Source: a virus | Strand: one strand, 5' to 3' | DNA length: 53,599 nt | Virus record (IMG/VR): IMGVR_UViG_3300045988_107797 | Coordinates: 1-53,599 of that record | In this document: positions 49,757 through 53,599 of the stretch, one piece after another | How the letters are laid out: each line of letters begins with the position of its first letter | How positions within the stretch are numbered: position 1 is the first letter of the stretch | Translations under genes and position numbers: made by a program | Notes under the pieces: model-generated | What the model saw: the letters and a program-made list of their open reading frames with translations, nothing else | What the model was told of the DNA's origin: nothing | Database searches by the model: none

Positions 49757-50866
49757 TCAGATAGCGGCAAGAGCCGTCTCAATGTCGTTGGTAAGACTTA
49801 CAGTGCCGCCGGTAGTGTAACCGGAAGGAATCGTGTACTGCGTGTCGCCGGTTACAGAACCCAGACCGGTAATGGTTGCGGAGATTTGATCGTTGTTCGC
49901 CATAGTGCCGGTGATTTTAGTGCCGTTCACCCAGCCCTGATAGCCTGTCAGCATCTGAGCGGCGGTAACTGCGGTTTTGCCGTTGTCAACGCCAGTCTGA
50001 GATCCCAGCGTCTTGGCAGTCACTTTACCGGAGCCGTTGTGATAACCGGCGGGAATGGTGTAGGAACCACCGGCACTCAATGCAGAAGGCGTAACAGCGC
50101 CATTGTTCTCCATTGTACCGGTAATAGCTACCGGAGTCTTTTCTGTGGAATCCCAACTGATAGCTGTCTTCCCTGACAGGATATTTGCAGCCACAGCGGT
50201 CTTGTCGGTAGCGTCAGCGTACTGCTTGGGGATCGCCGCAACGGTCACAGAGGACAGCACCTTCCCATCGTCGGCGGAAATCGTCTGCGCCTCTTTTGTA
50301 GGCGTTGCGGACTTTGTCTGCGGAACAACAGATACCGTACCGATGCCGTTATGGTATCCGGCCGGAACGGAATAACTGGTGGTGTTCGTGTCAAGCGTTG
50401 CGCTTACTGCACCGCGATTTTGCATAGTACCGGTCTGCACCTTGCCGTTGGAATCTACATACACTTTAGGAGACAGCACATCGCCAACCGTTGCAGTGAC
50501 AGAAGAAACGTCCTGATAAACATCTGGGATGGGCGCAACTGTAACGGTATCAAGTCCGTAATAACCGGCATCGTTATCCACGACCTGTTCCGACTTCGTA
50601 GGGGTCACTGTCTTGGACTGAAGATTATAGTTGCCGCCGCCGGCGACGCCCTTGATAGATCCGCCGTGATAGTATCCGGCGGAAAGGGTAACGCTCTCGC
50701 CCTCTTTCACCTCGGCATTGGGTGTTCCACGGTCAACAATTCCGTCGTACTTTGTCGCAAGCTGCGTAAGGTTGTCAGTCGACAGGCCAACGCCCAGAGC
50801 AACAGCCTTTGCGCGGAGCGTGTCACGCGCTTCCTGAATTCTGCTGATTTCATTCGCAATGCTCAT
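49757..50866 (-). CDS. Tail fibre protein with internal repeats
   Basis: 369 aa. Recurring units ...PAGYHNG.G.V.V... and ...GKTA....G....GTM.N.GAV... High GC. Confidence 0.65.
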   Translation of the reverse strand: MSIANEISRIQEARDTLRAKAVALGVGLSTDNLTQLATKYDGIVDRGTPNAEVKEGESVTLSAGYYHGGSIKGVAGGGNYNLQSKTVTPTKSEQVVDNDAGYYGLDTVTVAPIPDVYQDVSSVTATVGDVLSPKVYVDSNGKVQTGTMQNRGAVSATLDTNTTSYSVPAGYHNGIGTVSVVPQTKSATPTKEAQTISADDGKVLSSVTVAAIPKQYADATDKTAVAANILSGKTAISWDSTEKTPVAITGTMENNGAVTPSALSAGGSYTIPAGYHNGSGKVTAKTLGSQTGVDNGKTAVTAAQMLTGYQGWVNGTKITGTMANNDQISATITGLGSVTGDTQYTIPSGYTTGGTVSLTNDIETALAAI

Positions 50867-50877
50867 AATTTACCTCC

Positions 50878-51552
50878 TTAAATCGCCTGTAACAGAGCGT
50901 TGATATTCCCGCAAATAACGTGCACACCGGAAGATGTGATCGGTCTTGTGTTGTCTTGTTCCGCGTCATCAGTTGTGTTTACACACAGAGTCCCGGAACG
51001 ACTGACAAGCGTGTTTCCGTCGATGGTGTTAAACGGCTTATCGCTGATTTGGCTCCAGTTTCCGCCAGAACCACCACTGGACACCTCCGGCAAAGGAAGC
51101 TCGCTCTCTACATATACACCGCTGTCTGTGTCCCAAAGCAGCCAGTATCCGTTTTCACCAGGAATGGGCGGGTGATTGTTCAGGTCGATTACTTTAGCTA
51201 GCCAACTGGGCTGCGGCTCCGGCGCGTCCTTCTCCCAAAGGGTATTGGACTTCTCCAACCGCAGGGACACAACGTTTGTTGGAACTTCTTGCGTACCGCT
51301 TTTTCCGAACAGTGTAACTTCAAAGCGGTCCTGTTCTGTGAACCATTCTGGCACTTCCACAAGGTCGTCTACCACGTCGATGGGCTGCGATACCTCGCCA
51401 TGCTGCAAATAGCACAGCTTGTCTAAATCTTTCCAGTCGGAAGAGAACGTGAATTGCAAGGTCAGATAGTCTTTACTTCCTTTACGGGGAACAGATTTTG
51501 TTTCTACAATGGACAACGTTTGCTCAAATACTTGCAGTCGTATAATCATCAA
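50878..51552 (-). CDS. Tail fibre / baseplate-module protein
   Basis: 224 aa. HPPIPGENGYWLLWDTDSGVYVES motif. Confidence 0.55.
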   Translation of the reverse strand: MMIIRLQVFEQTLSIVETKSVPRKGSKDYLTLQFTFSSDWKDLDKLCYLQHGEVSQPIDVVDDLVEVPEWFTEQDRFEVTLFGKSGTQEVPTNVVSLRLEKSNTLWEKDAPEPQPSWLAKVIDLNNHPPIPGENGYWLLWDTDSGVYVESELPLPEVSSGGSGGNWSQISDKPFNTIDGNTLVSRSGTLCVNTTDDAEQDNTRPITSSGVHVICGNINALLQAI

Positions 51553-51577
51553 ATCACCTCCTTTACACGCGATGATA

Positions 51578-51985
51578 TTAAGAATTATCTATTGCCAGAT
51601 CTTCAGTCGTGACGTCTATCCTGGCATAACCACCCCTTTCGTGTACTTTTCCCTGACCGTTTATCGTGCAGTTGCATGCGACGGTATACTCGTAGTCCGG
51701 ACCGTGATTTATACACTGCACAGCAGTTCTTACGCACTTGTTGTTCACGAATATGCCGTACTTCTCGTTTCCGCCCATGTTGGGGCTTATCTTTGTATGC
51801 AGTATTATGGTACTGCCCTGCCTCACCTTGTACGTACCCAGTTCCGTTATGATCTCCTGGTCTACAGCCACATACCTTTCACCAAACAGGCCGGAATTAT
51901 CAAAGCTTCCTGTAAGCGTCAGCGTGACCGTCTTAACTATTTTCCTCATCATCCTACGTCTTAGTGCGTACTGTATAGGTATCAT
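51578..51985 (-). CDS. Tail-fibre-module protein (135 aa)
   Basis: Start set at the ATG at 51985, which overlaps the upstream stop (ATGA). Confidence 0.55.
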   Translation of the reverse strand: MIPIQYALRRRMMRKIVKTVTLTLTGSFDNSGLFGERYVAVDQEIITELGTYKVRQGSTIILHTKISPNMGGNEKYGIFVNNKCVRTAVQCINHGPDYEYTVACNCTINGQGKVHERGGYARIDVTTEDLAIDNS

Positions 51986-52284
51986 GCGCTCACAACCTCC
52001 TGCACCGCCCATACACCGTTCAGCACATCAAATTCATAAGTCTTTGATGCTTCAATGGTGGGGGCAGTTCCTAAGAACGTACCCGCAAAGGATACGGATA
52101 CGCTTGTCCCTGTGGTAAACTTACCATGCGCCCATCCAGTAGCAGGGGGCGTAAAAGCGTATGTTTTTACAGTAACGGCAACATTATAAATCGTATTATT
52201 GGCCAAAGCAGTTCCGATATCAGGGAGTATTGTTGTAGTGATGGGTGCAGCTTGCAAACCCGTTCCAGTCACTTGATACATCAT
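51982..52284 (-). CDS. Tail-fibre-module protein (100 aa)
   Basis: ORF track. Confidence 0.55.
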   Translation of the reverse strand: MMYQVTGTGLQAAPITTTILPDIGTALANNTIYNVAVTVKTYAFTPPATGWAHGKFTTGTSVSVSFAGTFLGTAPTIEASKTYEFDVLNGVWAVQEVVSA

Positions 52285-52288
52285 ATTA

Positions 52289-53599
52289 TCACCCCATTAT
52301 TAAAACATTGATAGTCAAATCGTTAGTTGGCGGCGTTGTAACGGCGCTTTGAAACGTCAATGCGTTGTAAGACTGTTTGGCGCAATATATGCCGGTTCTA
52401 AGATATTCTTCCATACTGTTAATATCCGGGCTAATAATAACTTTGTTCCTCAGTCTCACACCGTCTACTGATACAGCCTGCGTTATACTATAATCGCCAA
52501 CCACCCAATCAGTAGCCACTAATGTTGCATTTGTTTCTACAATAGGAGCTTGGTAGTCTGTGCCAGCTTCCGCCAGTTGCACATTTGTACCATTACCTTT
52601 TAGTAATCCGGTCAAATTAGTTTGCGTCTCGGTAGTGATCTCATTAGGGCCAGCGGGGCCCTGTTCGCCCTGTGCGCCCTGTGCGCCCTGTGCGCCTGGA
52701 TCGCCTTTCGCTCCCGTGTCGCCCTTTGCCCCCTGCGGGCCTTTGATGCTGACGCTTGCGGGGTTATCCAGCCCGCCGTTGTTGCTCCATGAGATTATGC
52801 CCTCAGCAGAGACGGTGGGGGTAAAATACGGCCCGGTGTCGCCCTTCGCGCCGTCCGCGCCATTGGGGCCTTGTGCGCCTTTTTCACCAGTAGCACCCTT
52901 TTCGCCCGTGTCTCCTTTAGCGCCCTTAGGAATTCCAAAGATGAATTTAAATATTTTCGAAGTGTCTTCGCCTGAAGCTTCGACTACTACTGTTGGTTCT
53001 GCATTCGGTTCGAGTTGTGTAGCAGAGGCTGTTGGGATTCCGAATCCAGCAGCTGCACCAGTTTCGCCCTTATCACCTTTTGCTCCTTGAAGTGGGCCAT
53101 TATTTACCCATTGAGAATTTTTACCATCCCATATATAAATGTCATAAGGCTCGTTTTCTCCAACTCCATAAGCATCACCAGCGGAAGGATTAGATACATT
53201 GGTTTGTAGTAATGAGACATTTGCAAAATATCCAAGAACTGCTAAACCTGAACCAGTATCTCCTTTCTCTCCCTTTTCACCTTGAATACCTTGTGGACCT
53301 TGAATACCCTGATCACCCTTTGGGCCTCGTTCGCCAATCTCTCCTTTCGGACCTATCGGACCTCTCAACGCAGCTAATTGTTCAGGTGTGAAATCCGAAT
53401 ATACAAAAGGATCGCCCTTTGGGCCTCGTTCGCCAATCTCTCCTTTCGGACCTATCGGACCTCTCAACGCAGCTAATTGTTCAGGTGTGAAATCTGAATA
53501 TACAAAAGGATCACCCTTTGGGCCTCGTTCGCCAATCTCTCCTTTCGGACCTCTCAACGCAGCTAATTGTTCAGGTGTGAAATCCGAATATACAAAAGG
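52289..53599 (-). CDS. Tail fibre / receptor-binding protein, C-terminal part (collagen-like repeats plus distal domain); continuation of 1..635
   Basis: The frame is open to the window end. Repeats of GDPFVYSDFTPEQLAALRGP(IGP)KGEIGERGPK, then long G-X-Y runs (GAKGDTGEKGATGEKGAQGPNGADGAKGDTG...). Confidence 0.75.
   Translation of the reverse strand, partial: PFVYSDFTPEQLAALRGPKGEIGERGPKGDPFVYSDFTPEQLAALRGPIGPKGEIGERGPKGDPFVYSDFTPEQLAALRGPIGPKGEIGERGPKGDQGIQGPQGIQGEKGEKGDTGSGLAVLGYFANVSLLQTNVSNPSAGDAYGVGENEPYDIYIWDGKNSQWVNNGPLQGAKGDKGETGAAAGFGIPTASATQLEPNAEPTVVVEASGEDTSKIFKFIFGIPKGAKGDTGEKGATGEKGAQGPNGADGAKGDTGPYFTPTVSAEGIISWSNNGGLDNPASVSIKGPQGAKGDTGAKGDPGAQGAQGAQGEQGPAGPNEITTETQTNLTGLLKGNGTNVQLAEAGTDYQAPIVETNATLVATDWVVGDYSITQAVSVDGVRLRNKVIISPDINSMEEYLRTGIYCAKQSYNALTFQSAVTTPPTNDLTINVLIMG
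53311..53599. repeat. Tandem 99/99/90-nt in-frame repeats in the tail-fibre gene; a fourth copy spans the junction into nt 1-55
   Basis: Units start at 53311, 53410 and 53509. AACGCAGCTAATTGTTCAGGTGTGAAATC recurs at 53367, 53466, 53556 and 1. Confidence 0.9.

Noticed and set aside
49463-53599. A diversity-generating retroelement or CRISPR-like array as the explanation for the repeats in the fibre region
   Set aside because: There is no reverse transcriptase ORF and no template/variable repeat pair with A-specific differences. There is also no spacer-repeat periodicity. The repeats are in-frame collagen-like and fibre-domain duplications.

Overview
The window looks like a complete tailed-phage dsDNA genome of about 53.6 kb. 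It appears circularly closed, because nt 1-44 are identical to nt 53556-53599. It is AT-rich, has strong GGAGG-type Shine-Dalgarno sites and carries LPXTG and PG_binding motifs, which points to a low-GC Gram-positive host. About 85 genes are all on the minus strand; the only plus-strand candidate is a 37-codon ORF.

Gene order in the direction of transcription (descending coordinates):
- Two endolysins (47753-45797).
- A packaging set: small-terminase-like gene, HNH and a Terminase_1-type large terminase, interleaved with four paralogous small genes.
- Portal, then a prohead-protease/collagen-like-linker/major-capsid fusion.
- Head-tail joining genes, major tail protein, chaperones, tape measure, Dit, Tal and holin (down to 26971).
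- An island of single-gene promoter/terminator cassettes encoding small membrane proteins (26.7-19.9 kb).
- A replication and nucleotide-metabolism module (19.9-0.9 kb): an SF3-helicase/AEP-primase/PolB triple fusion, an SSB-like gene, one atypical tRNA, an SNF2-type helicase, two PD-(D/E)xK nucleases, MazG, an iteron-rich putative origin and a 904-aa protein.
- Across the circular junction, a patchily GC-rich tail-fibre/receptor-binding module (635 -> wrap -> 48942), a frameshifted small gene and an LPXTG surface protein.

I saw no integrase, repressor or partition genes.

The most interesting signals are:
1. The 904-aa ORF carries both double-psi beta-barrel signatures of multisubunit RNA polymerases, including DFDGD, in one chain (YonO-like), and is flanked by HTH modules.
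2. A 30-nt promoter-like block is repeated nine times with invariant spacing, one copy directly in front of the tRNA.
3. An N-terminal sequence box is shared by four small genes around the terminase and by the RNA polymerase candidate.
4. A piece of the capsid gene, with its internal SD and ATG, is duplicated into a small ORF in the membrane-protein island.

All family names come from reading the translations and from memory. No database search, HMM or folding program was run.
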